Source: Bacteroidota bacterium (GTDB lineage: Bacteria; Bacteroidota; Bacteroidia; Chitinophagales; Chitinophagaceae). Taken from it: a stretch of 34,644 nt of DNA. The stretch lies in contig JAEZRL010000510.1 in assembly GCA_023440945.1 (NCBI GenBank), positions 1 to 34,644 on the forward strand, in the 5' to 3' direction. The notes beneath the pieces are model-generated. The model did no database searches and had not been told where the DNA came from. It saw only the letters and a program-made list of their open reading frames with translations. Below, piece by piece: positions 17,000 through 26,703 of the stretch. A program made the position numbers and the translations under genes. Within the stretch, counting starts at the first letter, position 1; every line of letters starts with the position of its first letter.

Positions 17000-17079
17000 T
17001 TGTTGAGTTACTTATTACAGTAAAAGTGTGCGACGCAACCGAAGAATAATAGTAGCAATGCAGATGGGTTCAAAAAAAA
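17000..17079 (+). repeat. Intergenic repeat family, copy E
   Basis: Plus-strand core AAAGTGTGCGACGCAAC (17023-17039), with TTGTTG upstream and AATAGTAGCAATGCAG..GGGTTC + A8 downstream. Lies between convergent gene ends. Confidence 0.8.
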
Positions 17080-17128
17080 TAATAATAAATAATAGAATTT
17101 TACATAAGTAATATCAGGCGACCGTGAT

Positions 17129-17485
17129 TTAGAAATACACATCTTCAATCAAATAGAATTCTGCGTGTTGATTATATAATAACGTAATAGCAAGCACATC
17201 GAACTGTACATATTTCCATTCGGGATGCATATATTGATATTCTTCTGCAGCATTTTTAAGATTGGTCATTTTTTTTGTGCTGATACTTTCTTCCGGCTTG
17301 CCATATTTATCGGAAGTGCGTGTTTTTATCTCGAAGAAATGTAACCGATTACCCTTTGATGCAATAACATCTACTTCAAGATGTTTGTACCGCCAGTTGC
17401 GTTCAACAATAGCATAACCTTTTTGCTGCAAATATCCCACCGCCATTTCTTCGCCTTTATTTCCTGTGGTTCTATTCCATTGCAT
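17129..17485 (-). CDS. yraN: YraN family (UPF0102) endonuclease-like protein
   Basis: 118 aa. GEEMAVGYLQQKGYAIVERNWRYKHLEVDVIA...HFFEIKTR is the typical YraN/PD-(D/E)xK-like pattern. Confidence 0.8.
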   Translation of the reverse strand: MQWNRTTGNKGEEMAVGYLQQKGYAIVERNWRYKHLEVDVIASKGNRLHFFEIKTRTSDKYGKPEESISTKKMTNLKNAAEEYQYMHPEWKYVQFDVLAITLLYNQHAEFYLIEDVYF

Positions 17486-17516
17486 TGTATTAACTTGCTG
17501 TATTTAATTGGAAAAG

Positions 17517-18725
17517 ATGAGTTTTTTACAAGATAAAATTTTCAAACTAAAAGGCCAAGTTCAACATTACGCGTGGGGCGGTTATGATTTTATTCCTGCT
17601 TTTCTCGGAATTGAAAACAAAGAGCATAAACCATATGCTGAATATTGGATGGGAGCACATCCCTCTGCCTCTTCGATATTGATAACAAAGAATGGCGAGC
17701 TATCGTTACACCAGTTGATCCGGGATTATCCCGAAGAGTTTTTAGGTGAAAAAGTGCAACAACAGTTTGGAGAGTTGCCTTATCTCTTAAAAATTCTGGA
17801 TGTACGGGATATGCTAAGCATACAGGTTCATCCGACAAAAGAGCAGGCTGCAAAAGGTTTTGAAGAAGAAGAAGCTGCAGGCGTTGTTATAGGCGCAGCA
17901 CATCGCAATTACAAGGATAAAAATCATAAGCCCGAAATAATGGTTGCTCTGAGTGAGTTTTGGCTGCTGCATGGTTTTTTAACAGAGGGGAAATTGAAGC
18001 AGGTTTTGCAAACTGTTCCGGAGTTTGAACATTTCACATCTTATTTTGACAACGGAGGGTATAAAGCATTGTATGAACACGTGATGCATATGCTTCAGTC
18101 TGAAGTGACTTCTTGTTTAAAACCTTTGGTAGAACGTGAACTGGAAAGAAAATCAAGAGGCGAGTTAACAAAAGATCAACCTGGCTGGTGGGTGGCAAAA
18201 TTGTATGAAAACCAAAAGATGGAAGAGATTGACCGGGGCGTTTTCTCTATTTATTTTTTCAACATAGTGAAAGTAAACCCGGGTGAAGCTGTGTTTCAGG
18301 GGGCAGGAGTTCCGCATGCTTATTTGGAAGGACAAAATGTTGAGTTAATGGCAAACAGTGATAATGTTTTGCGTGGCGGACTAACCCCAAAACATATTGA
18401 TGTGGCCGAACTTTGCAAGCACGTTTTGTTTGAAGGTGTAATCCCGGAGGTGATGAAAGGTGATAAATTGAATGACGAAGAAAGAAATTACGCTTGCCCC
18501 GTTCCTGATTTTGGTATCCATAAAATTGAGATGCAGGCTCACGATGAATTTAAAATAAAAACATCTTCACTGGAAATATGGGTAGTATTAGAAGGTGAAT
18601 TGCAGGTTTCGGGTTTAAACAAATTACAGGTAAAAAAAGGTGAAGCAATTGCTGTTATGCCCAATGAAACTTTGAAAGTTATAGCTGAGAACAATACTGT
18701 TGCTTATCGTGCTTTTGTTCCCTGA
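17517..18725 (+). CDS. manA: Mannose-6-phosphate isomerase, class I
   Basis: ATG chosen at 17517 (the track uses TTG at 17508). Motifs YAWGG, EYWMGAHPSASS, LSIQVHP, PHAYLEG and NSDNVLRGGLTPKH are characteristic of class I PMI. Confidence 0.85.
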   Translation: MSFLQDKIFKLKGQVQHYAWGGYDFIPAFLGIENKEHKPYAEYWMGAHPSASSILITKNGELSLHQLIRDYPEEFLGEKVQQQFGELPYLLKILDVRDMLSIQVHPTKEQAAKGFEEEEAAGVVIGAAHRNYKDKNHKPEIMVALSEFWLLHGFLTEGKLKQVLQTVPEFEHFTSYFDNGGYKALYEHVMHMLQSEVTSCLKPLVERELERKSRGELTKDQPGWWVAKLYENQKMEEIDRGVFSIYFFNIVKVNPGEAVFQGAGVPHAYLEGQNVELMANSDNVLRGGLTPKHIDVAELCKHVLFEGVIPEVMKGDKLNDEERNYACPVPDFGIHKIEMQAHDEFKIKTSSLEIWVVLEGELQVSGLNKLQVKKGEAIAVMPNETLKVIAENNTVAYRAFVP

Positions 18726-18822
18726 CAACAGTTTATCCACACTGGTTCAATAAAAACTATAAAATTGTTACTGCATCAACAGCATTTAAAACTTAATTTT
18801 GTTCTCCCATAATCGTTTTGCT

Positions 18823-19392
18823 ATGAAAATTACAAAAGCTGTTATCATATCGCTTGTATTACTTGTTCTTGTTTCAGCATTGTACAGAATATTTCCAAAC
18901 AGACCCTACGGCTTTGCTCCGCAATACGCCATGGCAATTTTTGGCGGAGTTATTTTTCGTAAAAACAAAAGCTGGGCTTTTATCCTGCCTTTGTTATCCA
19001 TGTTTTTAAGCGATCTGTTGTACGAAGTTTTATATAGCAGCGGTGCTTCTGTAATGCCGGGTTTTTACCAGGGACAATGGCAAAATTATTTATTGATCGG
19101 TTTATTAGCATCAATTGGTTTTCTGATTAAGAAGGTAAACGTGCTCAACGTATTTATTGCATCCATTGCTTCACCAACTGTTTACTTTTTATTGTCCAAT
19201 TTAGTTGTTTGGGCAGGCGGCGGCGGATGGCATCATCCTAAAACTTTCGATGGTTTGATGCTAACCTATCAGGATGCCTTACCCTTCTATCCAAACAGTT
19301 TATATGCAACTGTTTTCTTCTCTGCTATATTGTTTGGCGGTTATTATTCTATAAAGAACTATTGGCTGAGCAAACAAACGCAGACAGCATAA
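18823..19392 (+). CDS. DUF6580-like integral membrane protein
   Basis: ATG chosen at 18823 (MKITKAVIISLVLLVL). About 5-6 TM segments. FAPQYAMAIFGG and LSNLVVW resemble the DUF6580 putative transport family as recalled. Confidence 0.55.
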   Translation: MKITKAVIISLVLLVLVSALYRIFPNRPYGFAPQYAMAIFGGVIFRKNKSWAFILPLLSMFLSDLLYEVLYSSGASVMPGFYQGQWQNYLLIGLLASIGFLIKKVNVLNVFIASIASPTVYFLLSNLVVWAGGGGWHHPKTFDGLMLTYQDALPFYPNSLYATVFFSAILFGGYYSIKNYWLSKQTQTA

Positions 19393-19410
19393 AAATTTTT
19401 CATGACACAT

Positions 19411-19444
19411 AAAAAAATCCGGAGCAATAGTTCCGGATTTTTTG
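19411..19444. terminator. Bidirectional terminator between DUF6580 gene and rnhA
   Basis: A7-ATCCGGA-gcaatagt-TCCGGAT-T7; serves both convergent genes. Confidence 0.8.
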
Positions 19445-19445
19445 T

Positions 19446-19928
19446 TTAGAGCAAAGTATTCGTATCGCCTTCATAACCTTCGTCAATTAGCAGGTTTCTG
19501 CCCATAGCAGCCTGGGTTGCCAGTTCATCACAGCGGTTGTTGAAGGAATTATCAGCATGGCCTTTCACCCATTTTAAAGCAACCTGGTAGTTTCTTGCGA
19601 GTTTATAATAACGAAGCCAGAGATCTTTATTTTTTTTACCGCCTTTAAAATCGGTTCTTATCCAGCCATCAAGCCATTTTTTTTCAATGCTGTTAACTAC
19701 GTACTGACTATCTGTATAAATCGTAAGCGGAATATTTGTTTTTGTTAATGATTCCAGTGCGACAATCACGGCCAGTAATTCCATGCGGTTGTTGGTTGTT
19801 AACCGGTAGCCAGCGGAAAGTTCCTTACGTTTATCGCCCCACATTAAAATAACGCCATAGCCACCTGGGCCGGGATTGCCTCTTGAGGAACCGTCAGTAT
19901 AAATAATTAATGGATGAGATTGTTGCAT
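19446..19928 (-). CDS. rnhA: Ribonuclease HI
   Basis: Start at MQQSHPLIIYTDGSSRGNPGPGGYG. The 33 extra codons in the track run through repeat copy H. Contains DGS..GNPGPGG, NNRMEL, YTDSQYV and VKGHA motifs. Confidence 0.9.
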   Translation of the reverse strand: MQQSHPLIIYTDGSSRGNPGPGGYGVILMWGDKRKELSAGYRLTTNNRMELLAVIVALESLTKTNIPLTIYTDSQYVVNSIEKKWLDGWIRTDFKGGKKNKDLWLRYYKLARNYQVALKWVKGHADNSFNNRCDELATQAAMGRNLLIDEGYEGDTNTLL

Positions 19929-19930
19929 AA

Positions 19931-20033
19931 GTATTTTTTGGTGAGCGGCTTTTGTAACTCCGGTTAAACATCGTTGCGTCGCATTACGTTCATCTTTTGT
20001 ACTACTATTAAACAATTGATCCGGCAAAAATAA
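19931..20033 (-). repeat. Intergenic repeat family, copy H
   Basis: Minus-strand core GAACGTAATGCGACGCAAC (19973-19991). Its A6 run ends 5 nt before the rnhA ATG. Termini are TATTTTTTGG (19932-19941) and CCGGCAAAAATA (20021-20032). Confidence 0.75.
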
Positions 20034-20217
20034 GGGGATAAGATGCTGAAAAATTTTTAAACAAATAATGGTTTTTTAGCGGCGCCGAAGTCAATACTTC
20101 GTAATCGTCTTTTTATTGTGAAGCTTAAACTCCTTCACCTTATAAAACATTGTTTCTGCCTATGCCTGTAAACATTTGTAAACTAATGTGGTCTTTTTTT
20201 TGAAATATACATATAAA

Positions 20218-20312
20218 TATTTTTTGAAAGCTTTGCTGCGTAATGAACAGGAAGTTGAAGTGAGTGACACAACGATGCTTGTTAACAGCACAGGTGCCGG
20301 GTACAAAAAATG
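20218..20312 (+). repeat. Intergenic repeat family, copy B
   Basis: Plus-strand core GAAGTGAGTGACACAAC (20257-20273). The left end is TATTTTTTGAAAGCTTTGCTGCGTAATGAACAGGAAGTT and the right end is GCCGGGTAC + A6 (20305-20310). Confidence 0.8.
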
Positions 20313-20343
20313 TATTATGATGATGTTTAATAAAACAGGTTAT

Positions 20344-23205
20344 ATGAATCTTTTGAAAATAATTTTTACCGGGGTCATTTTATTTTTCGTAACCGCTTTA
20401 AAAGCACAGGTAAATTTTATCGGCAAGGTGGTTGACAGTGCAAGTGCGCCTTTGAATGCCGCTACAGTTCAACTTAATAAAGACAGCGGAAATGTAAGCT
20501 TGCAGGCAACTTACAGTGATTCAACAGGCCAGTTTAAATTAACCAATGTGAGCAATGGAAAATATATACTTACTGTTTCTTTTGTAGGTTATGGTACCGT
20601 TTCAAAACCTTTAACCGTTATCACAGACAGCACAACTGTTGATACCACCATTAATATTGGAAATATAACTCTAAATAAAGCCTCCGGTGAGTTAACCGGT
20701 GTAACGGTAACAACGAATGTTCCGCCGGTAACACAAAAAAATGACACCACGCAATACAATGCTTCGCAATACAAAGTAAACCCGGATGCTACCACTGAAG
20801 ACCTTGTAAAAAAGATGCCCGGCATAACGGTTGACGCAAGTGGAAATGTGCAGGCACAAGGAGAAAATGTTCAAAAGGTTTTGGTAGATGGAAAAGAATT
20901 TTTTGGTGATGATGCAACACTTGCTCTGAGAAATCTGCCGGCTCAGATCATTGATAAGATACAAGTTTTCGATAAACTTAGCGATCAGGCCCAGTTAACG
21001 GGCATTGATGATGGCAATACGTATAAAGCAATCAATATTGTTACAAAAGGAAATTTAAGAGCAAGCCAGTTCGGTAAACTGTATGCAGGTTATGGAACAG
21101 AAAACCGTTATATAGGCGGCGGTAACCTTAATTATTTTGATGGGGACAGACGTATCTCTATAATCGGATTAACGAATAATGTAAATCAACAAAATTTTTC
21201 GCAACAGGATATTTTAGGCGTTATCAATACAGGATCGGGTGGGGGTGGAAGAGGCGGTTTTTCAGGAGGCAGACGGGGTGGCGGCCGTACGGGGACAAGA
21301 GGTGGTGGTGGTAATTATGGAGGCGGTTATGGCGGAGGTAATGCAAATAATTTTTTAGTAGGCCAGCAAAATGGTATTAATTCTACCACTTCATTTGGAG
21401 TTAATTACACCGATAACTGGGGAAAGAAACTTGCCGTTACAGGAAGTTATTTCTTTAATAACAGCAAGAACGCAACAGAACAATCAACTAACCGGGAAAC
21501 CTTTTTAACATCAGATAGCAGTTTGTTGTATGATGAAAATATGAACCGGGTGAATAACAACTTTAATCACCGGGCAAGTTTAAGAATGGAATATACCATT
21601 GATTCGGCCAATAAACTTATCATTACACCCACGGTTAGTTTTCAAAACAATAATTCAACGAGTAATATAACCGGTATTAATTCAATCAAAACGGGAACAA
21701 CATTAAGTGATATCATTAACAGCACACAAAGCAAAACCTCAGGTTATAATTTCCAGGCAAATATTCTATACAGGCATTCATTTGCAAAGAGAGGAAGAAG
21801 CTTATCGCTTAGCATAAATCCCGGTCTAAGCAACAGGGATGGTGAAATTTTTCAGGATGCCTTTACCACTTATATTTCAGGAAATAATCTTAGTGATTCT
21901 TTGCGGCAAATGCAAAACAAAGATTCTAAAACAAATTCGATCTCAGGACGACTTGTTTATACTGAACCAATTGGCAAAGGCTTATTGCAGTTAAATTATT
22001 CGCCTTCTTTCTCAAAAAGTAATTCAAGCCAATATACTTATCAGTTTGATAACTCTATTGCAAAATATACTTCTCTTGATACAAGCCTGAGTAATTTATT
22101 TGATAATAAAGTTATGCAGCAAACTGGTGGAATTACTTATCGTTTGGGTGACAGAACGAAGAACTTTTCTGTTGGCATAAATTATCAATACACTGATCTT
22201 GCAAGTACACAAACTTATCCATACAGCACTGTTGTTAATAAAACATTCGATAACGTGTTGCCGAATGCAATGTTTAATTACAGGTTTTCTACAAAAAGTA
22301 ATGTACGCATTATGTACCGTGCAATGACGCAAACTCCTTCTATCAATCAATTGCAAAATGTTATTGATAACAGTAACCCTTTATTTATTTCAACCGGTAA
22401 TCCTGAATTGAAACAACAATATGGAAACGTAGTAAGTGCGCGTTATACTTTTACGAATGCAGGTAAAGGACAAACATTTTTTCTTAATGCTTTTATCCAG
22501 CAGAATAATAATTACATAACCAATGCAAGCTTCATAGCTGCAAAAGATTCTGTGCTTACGCCTACAGTAACATTATTGCAGGGATCACAGTTAACAAAAC
22601 CCGTTAACCTTGATGGCTATTGGAGTTTTAGAACGTTGGCAACGTTTGGTTTGCCGGTTAAGTTTATAAAAAGCAATATAAATTTAAATGCAGGGTTCAA
22701 TTATATCAAGTTACCGGGATTGATCAATAATCAATTAAATGTTTCAAACAATTATGCTTATAATGGTGGCGTTGTTATAGGCAGCAACATTAGTGAGTAC
22801 ATTGATTTTACTTTGGCTTATAACGCTGCATACAACGTTGTAAAAAATACTTTACAACCACAGCTGAACGATAATTATTTTTCACAAACAGCTTCTTTCA
22901 ACCTGAATTTATTGAGTAAGAAAGGATGGGAATTTCAAAGCAATTTTAGTAATCAGTTATATACCGGTCTTGCAAATGGTTATAATCAGAGTTATAATTT
23001 ATGGAATCTTGCTATTGGCAAAAAGTTTTTGAAAGATAAAAAGGGAGATCTGCGTTTAACTGTTTTTGATGTACTGAAACAAAACAAAAATATTGATCGA
23101 AATGTGACAGAATCTTACATAGAAGATGTAAAAACAAATGTATTGCAACGCTATTTCATGCTAACCTTCACTTACAGGCTGAATAATATACGCACAAAAT
23201 CATAA
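20344..23205 (+). CDS. TonB-dependent-receptor-like outer-membrane beta-barrel protein with CarboxypepD_reg domain
   Basis: Start chosen at MNLLKIIFTGVILFFVTALKAQ (signal peptide); ATGs at 20317-20325 are alternatives. GKVVDSASAPLNAATVQL is CarboxypepD_reg-like, with a plug-like segment (DLVKKMPGITVD..VLVDGKEFFG), a Gly/Arg-rich linker and a long alternating beta-barrel ending in ..FTYRL. Confidence 0.8.
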   Translation: MNLLKIIFTGVILFFVTALKAQVNFIGKVVDSASAPLNAATVQLNKDSGNVSLQATYSDSTGQFKLTNVSNGKYILTVSFVGYGTVSKPLTVITDSTTVDTTINIGNITLNKASGELTGVTVTTNVPPVTQKNDTTQYNASQYKVNPDATTEDLVKKMPGITVDASGNVQAQGENVQKVLVDGKEFFGDDATLALRNLPAQIIDKIQVFDKLSDQAQLTGIDDGNTYKAINIVTKGNLRASQFGKLYAGYGTENRYIGGGNLNYFDGDRRISIIGLTNNVNQQNFSQQDILGVINTGSGGGGRGGFSGGRRGGGRTGTRGGGGNYGGGYGGGNANNFLVGQQNGINSTTSFGVNYTDNWGKKLAVTGSYFFNNSKNATEQSTNRETFLTSDSSLLYDENMNRVNNNFNHRASLRMEYTIDSANKLIITPTVSFQNNNSTSNITGINSIKTGTTLSDIINSTQSKTSGYNFQANILYRHSFAKRGRSLSLSINPGLSNRDGEIFQDAFTTYISGNNLSDSLRQMQNKDSKTNSISGRLVYTEPIGKGLLQLNYSPSFSKSNSSQYTYQFDNSIAKYTSLDTSLSNLFDNKVMQQTGGITYRLGDRTKNFSVGINYQYTDLASTQTYPYSTVVNKTFDNVLPNAMFNYRFSTKSNVRIMYRAMTQTPSINQLQNVIDNSNPLFISTGNPELKQQYGNVVSARYTFTNAGKGQTFFLNAFIQQNNNYITNASFIAAKDSVLTPTVTLLQGSQLTKPVNLDGYWSFRTLATFGLPVKFIKSNINLNAGFNYIKLPGLINNQLNVSNNYAYNGGVVIGSNISEYIDFTLAYNAAYNVVKNTLQPQLNDNYFSQTASFNLNLLSKKGWEFQSNFSNQLYTGLANGYNQSYNLWNLAIGKKFLKDKKGDLRLTVFDVLKQNKNIDRNVTESYIEDVKTNVLQRYFMLTFTYRLNNIRTKS

Positions 23206-23207
23206 GT

Positions 23208-23999
23208 TTATTCTTCATTACTTACGTTGTATGTTCCCTGCATATACAACACTACATTGCCTGCCATTGTAACTCTGTCGCCTTTTAGTTCACATAATAA
23301 ATCACCGCCTCTTTTTGATAATTGTTTTGCAGTAAGCACTGATTTATCCAATTCTGCACTCCAGTATGGGATCAATGAACAATGGGCAGAGCCGGTAACA
23401 GGATCTTCACCAATAGAAGAATTGGTTACAAAAAAACGGGATACAAAATCAACATCGTTTCCTTTTGCAGTTATAATAATGCCGATGCAATCAAACTGAT
23501 TAAGTATGCTGAAATCAGGAATAAAATTGCGAACATCTTCTTCCTTATCATACACAAAAAAGTAATCTCTTGATTTTAAAATTTTTGTTGGGGGAATGCT
23601 TAATCCTCCCAATAATTTTTCATTCACTTCTGTTTCAACAGGCATACGTGAAGGAAAATTGAGTTCAATAAGATCACCTTTCTTCTTCACTTCCAATAAA
23701 CCGCTTTTGCAGGTGAAATAAATAGTATCTGAATTGTGATTTAAAAAATTGAAAATAACAAATGCAGAAGCAAGTGTTGCATGACCGCAAAGATCAATTT
23801 CGTATTCAGGCGTAAACCAGCGTATATGATATTGTTCACTGTTTTTTACAAAAAAAGCAGTTTCGGAAAGATTGTTTTCTGTTGCCAATTTTTGCATCAG
23901 CTCATCCGGAAGCCATTCCTGCAAAGGGCAAACCGCAGCCGGGTTTCCGGCAAATAATTTATTTGTAAAAGCATCAACTTTGTAAACAGGCAGTTGCAT
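23208..23999 (-). CDS. PhzF family isomerase
   Basis: 263 aa. VDAFT...F.GNPAAV, ETAF, CGHATLA and TGSAHC motifs are typical of PhzF-like epimerase/isomerase proteins. Confidence 0.85.
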   Translation of the reverse strand: MQLPVYKVDAFTNKLFAGNPAAVCPLQEWLPDELMQKLATENNLSETAFFVKNSEQYHIRWFTPEYEIDLCGHATLASAFVIFNFLNHNSDTIYFTCKSGLLEVKKKGDLIELNFPSRMPVETEVNEKLLGGLSIPPTKILKSRDYFFVYDKEEDVRNFIPDFSILNQFDCIGIIITAKGNDVDFVSRFFVTNSSIGEDPVTGSAHCSLIPYWSAELDKSVLTAKQLSKRGGDLLCELKGDRVTMAGNVVLYMQGTYNVSNEE

Positions 24000-24079
24000 A
24001 AAGATTTATTTTCTACTGCAAGATTAAGTGTTTCTTTATTATAGCTGATTCGATTTTTATTTCTTAAATTGAATAAGAT

Positions 24080-24095
24080 GTTATTTCGAAATAAC
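24080..24095. promoter_or_regulatory. Perfect 16-bp palindrome GTTATTTCGAAATAAC in a divergent promoter region
   Basis: Read directly from the sequence. Lies 81 nt upstream of the PhzF start and 29 nt upstream of the helicase ATG. Confidence 0.45.
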
Positions 24096-24123
24096 GATAC
24101 TTGCAACTGTGAACCTTAAAAAA

Positions 24124-26619
24124 ATGGTGATGAACGATCCGTCTAACACTCTGTTTGATCTCGCTGCAGACTTTATCAATTATACAAACCGTTCTGTTTT
24201 TCTAACAGGAAAAGCGGGCACAGGAAAAACTACTTTTTTAAAACACATAAAAAAGAATTCTGCTAAAGAGACAGCAGTCGTTGCACCAACAGGAGTGGCG
24301 GCTATCAATGCCGGTGGCGTTACCATACATTCATTTTTCCAATTGCCATTTACGCCATTTGTTCCTGGTTATGCAGGAAGTCAGGCAATGGATAAACATC
24401 ATTTGCTTGGAAGACTTAAAATAACAAGAGAGCGAAGGCAAATATTACAAAAGCTGGAATTGCTTATTGTTGATGAAATAAGCATGGTAAGATGCGATGT
24501 GCTGGATGCAATGGATATGGTTTTACGTCATTTTAGAAATCGCTGGAACGAACCCTTTGGCGGTGTGCAAATGTTGTTGATAGGAGATATGTTTCAACTT
24601 CCTCCTGTAGTGTCAAACGATGAAAAAAATATCTTAGATAGGTTTTACAACAGTCCCTATTTCTTTGATAGTAGAGTGTTGCAACAACAGCAATTTGTTC
24701 ATATCGAACTTGATAAAATTTATCGGCAGAATGAACCGCATTTTATCGGATTGCTTAATAAGATTCGTAACAATGAAATGGATTCTTCTGCATTCAATCT
24801 TTTACACAAACGGCTCGATCCTTCTTTTCAAACTTCTGCAAATAATGGTTATATTATTCTTACAACGCATAATAACAAAGCGGATGCAGTGAATGCTGAA
24901 GAAATTGCAACACTTGAAGGAGAAGTTATTACTTACAAAGCTGAAATTTCTGGAGAGTTTTATGAAAAATCTTATCCGGCCGAGGAATTACTGCAATTAA
25001 AAGTTGGTGCACAGGTTATGTTTTTAAAAAATGACGCAGAAAAAGTAAGAAGATATTACAATGGAAAGATTGGCATTGTTACAAAACTGGAAGATGAAAC
25101 AATACATGTTCAATGTAAAGACGAAAAAGATGCGATTGAAGTGAAAAGAGAAACATGGGAGAATCTTCGTTATTCTTTAAATGGGCAAACAAAAAAAGTA
25201 GAGGAAGAGGTAATAGGTTCCTTCAAACAATTTCCTTTACGATTGGCCTGGGCTATCACCATTCATAAAAGTCAGGGATTAACTTTTGATAAAGTTATAA
25301 TTGATGCAGGTGCAGCTTTTGCACCGGGACAAGTATATGTTGCTTTAAGTCGCTGCACTTCTTTCTCGGGAATTATTTTGAAAACGGGCATTTCGGAAAG
25401 AAGTTTAAAGAATGATGAACGCATTGTACAATTCTCTAAACAAAAACATGTTTATGATGATTTGATGAATGAACTGCATCAATCAAAACGTGATTATGAA
25501 GAATATGTTTTAAAAAGTCTTTTTGATTTCAGTGTTGTTATTACTCAAATAAACGAAGTAAAAAAAGTTGTTGAAGAAAATGCAGCTTCTTTTAATACAG
25601 AATCACAAACATGGTTGAACGAATTAGCAGATTGTGTAAACAGTATAAACGAAACAGGAATAAAATTTCAGCCACATTTAAAACTGTTATTACAAGAACA
25701 AATACCGGCAGAGAAACATTTCGCATTACAAGGCAGACTGAAAGCTGCAGCAAATTATTTTACTCAGCAACTAAATGATGTTTTGAATAAAATAAATGCT
25801 TCCATCGCAGTGTCTGATAGCAAGCAAGCTGCCTACTCTTTTAATAATGAACTGAAAGAATTGCATACACTTGTTGCATTAAAGCTGCATGAATTTATTA
25901 TTTGCAAAAATGGCTTTTTGTTAGATGACTATGCTGCAAAAAAGAAAGAGTTTATTCAGCCGGCTTTTCGTGTAAATGCTTATGCAGCTGCGAATAATTA
26001 TTCAGGAAGTGAAAGTCCTCATCCTGAATTAGAAAAGAAATTAAGGCAGCTTAGAAATCTTATTTGTGAAGAAAAAGATCTTCCTGTTTATCTTGTTGCT
26101 TCTTCTTCTACAATTAATGAAATGACTGAATACCTTCCGCTTACAAAAGACGATCTTTCACTTATCAGTGGTTTTGGCAAGGCAAAAACAGAACGTTTCG
26201 GTAGTAGATTTTTAGAAGTAATAAATGATTATTGCAAAGAAAAAAATCTTTCTTCACTCATCGAAAAAAAGTCACCTAAAAGGCAGCGTAAGGAAAAGCC
26301 CGCAACAACAACAGATACAAAACAGGAAACTTACAAATTGTTTAAAGAAGGTCGCGGCATCAATGAAATTGCAACTGAACGAAAATTAGCAACAGGTACA
26401 ATTGAACAACATTTTGCTTATTTTGTTCAGAAAGGTTTGATAACAATTGAAGAAATTCTGGCAAAAGAAAAAATACTATTAATAGAGTCTGTTGCAAAAG
26501 AATTTGAAGGTGGTTCTATAACCCCATTGAAAGAAAAATTAGGCGAAGATGTAAGCTATGGCGAAATACGATTGGTGCTTGCATCTCTTTCGTTTGAAAA
26601 AAATAAAATAAATACCTAA
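24124..26619 (+). CDS. PIF1/RecD-like superfamily 1 helicase with C-terminal HRDC-like and HTH modules
   Basis: ATG at 24124 (the track uses GTG at 24109). Walker A GKAGTGKTT, Walker B LLIVDEISMV, GDMFQLPPV, and WAITIHKSQG..VYVALSR (PIF1-type motifs). The C-terminus has an HRDC-like segment (LRQLRNLICEEKDLPVYLVASSSTINEM) and an HTH-like segment (GINEIATERKLATGTIEQHF). Confidence 0.8.
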   Translation: MVMNDPSNTLFDLAADFINYTNRSVFLTGKAGTGKTTFLKHIKKNSAKETAVVAPTGVAAINAGGVTIHSFFQLPFTPFVPGYAGSQAMDKHHLLGRLKITRERRQILQKLELLIVDEISMVRCDVLDAMDMVLRHFRNRWNEPFGGVQMLLIGDMFQLPPVVSNDEKNILDRFYNSPYFFDSRVLQQQQFVHIELDKIYRQNEPHFIGLLNKIRNNEMDSSAFNLLHKRLDPSFQTSANNGYIILTTHNNKADAVNAEEIATLEGEVITYKAEISGEFYEKSYPAEELLQLKVGAQVMFLKNDAEKVRRYYNGKIGIVTKLEDETIHVQCKDEKDAIEVKRETWENLRYSLNGQTKKVEEEVIGSFKQFPLRLAWAITIHKSQGLTFDKVIIDAGAAFAPGQVYVALSRCTSFSGIILKTGISERSLKNDERIVQFSKQKHVYDDLMNELHQSKRDYEEYVLKSLFDFSVVITQINEVKKVVEENAASFNTESQTWLNELADCVNSINETGIKFQPHLKLLLQEQIPAEKHFALQGRLKAAANYFTQQLNDVLNKINASIAVSDSKQAAYSFNNELKELHTLVALKLHEFIICKNGFLLDDYAAKKKEFIQPAFRVNAYAAANNYSGSESPHPELEKKLRQLRNLICEEKDLPVYLVASSSTINEMTEYLPLTKDDLSLISGFGKAKTERFGSRFLEVINDYCKEKNLSSLIEKKSPKRQRKEKPATTTDTKQETYKLFKEGRGINEIATERKLATGTIEQHFAYFVQKGLITIEEILAKEKILLIESVAKEFEGGSITPLKEKLGEDVSYGEIRLVLASLSFEKNKINT

Positions 26620-26703
26620 GCGTCTTTTTTAATCTTTCTCGTCTATCGGATGTTAATATTTTATTTCTGCGCTTTAGCAAAATCAGGATCAGCTAAACAG
26701 GTG

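Noticed and set aside
20188-20343. N-terminal extensions offered by the ORF track: 20188-20343 (OM protein), 19929-20027 (rnhA), 16240-16419 (YkgJ-type), 3924-3944 (Rrf2), 26703-26771 (RIC fusion), 24109-24123 (helicase) and 33341-33388 (oxidoreductase).
   Set aside because: The extensions use GTG/TTG starts or run through the intergenic repeats. The downstream ATGs give canonical N-termini: signal peptides, a Tat motif, the RNase H DGS start and the Rrf2 MLSKKTKYA start.
21232-21339. A G-rich, repetitive-looking DNA stretch that might be a tandem repeat or array.
   Set aside because: It is in frame within a long, well-supported ORF and encodes a Gly/Arg linker. It has no regular repeat-spacer periodicity.
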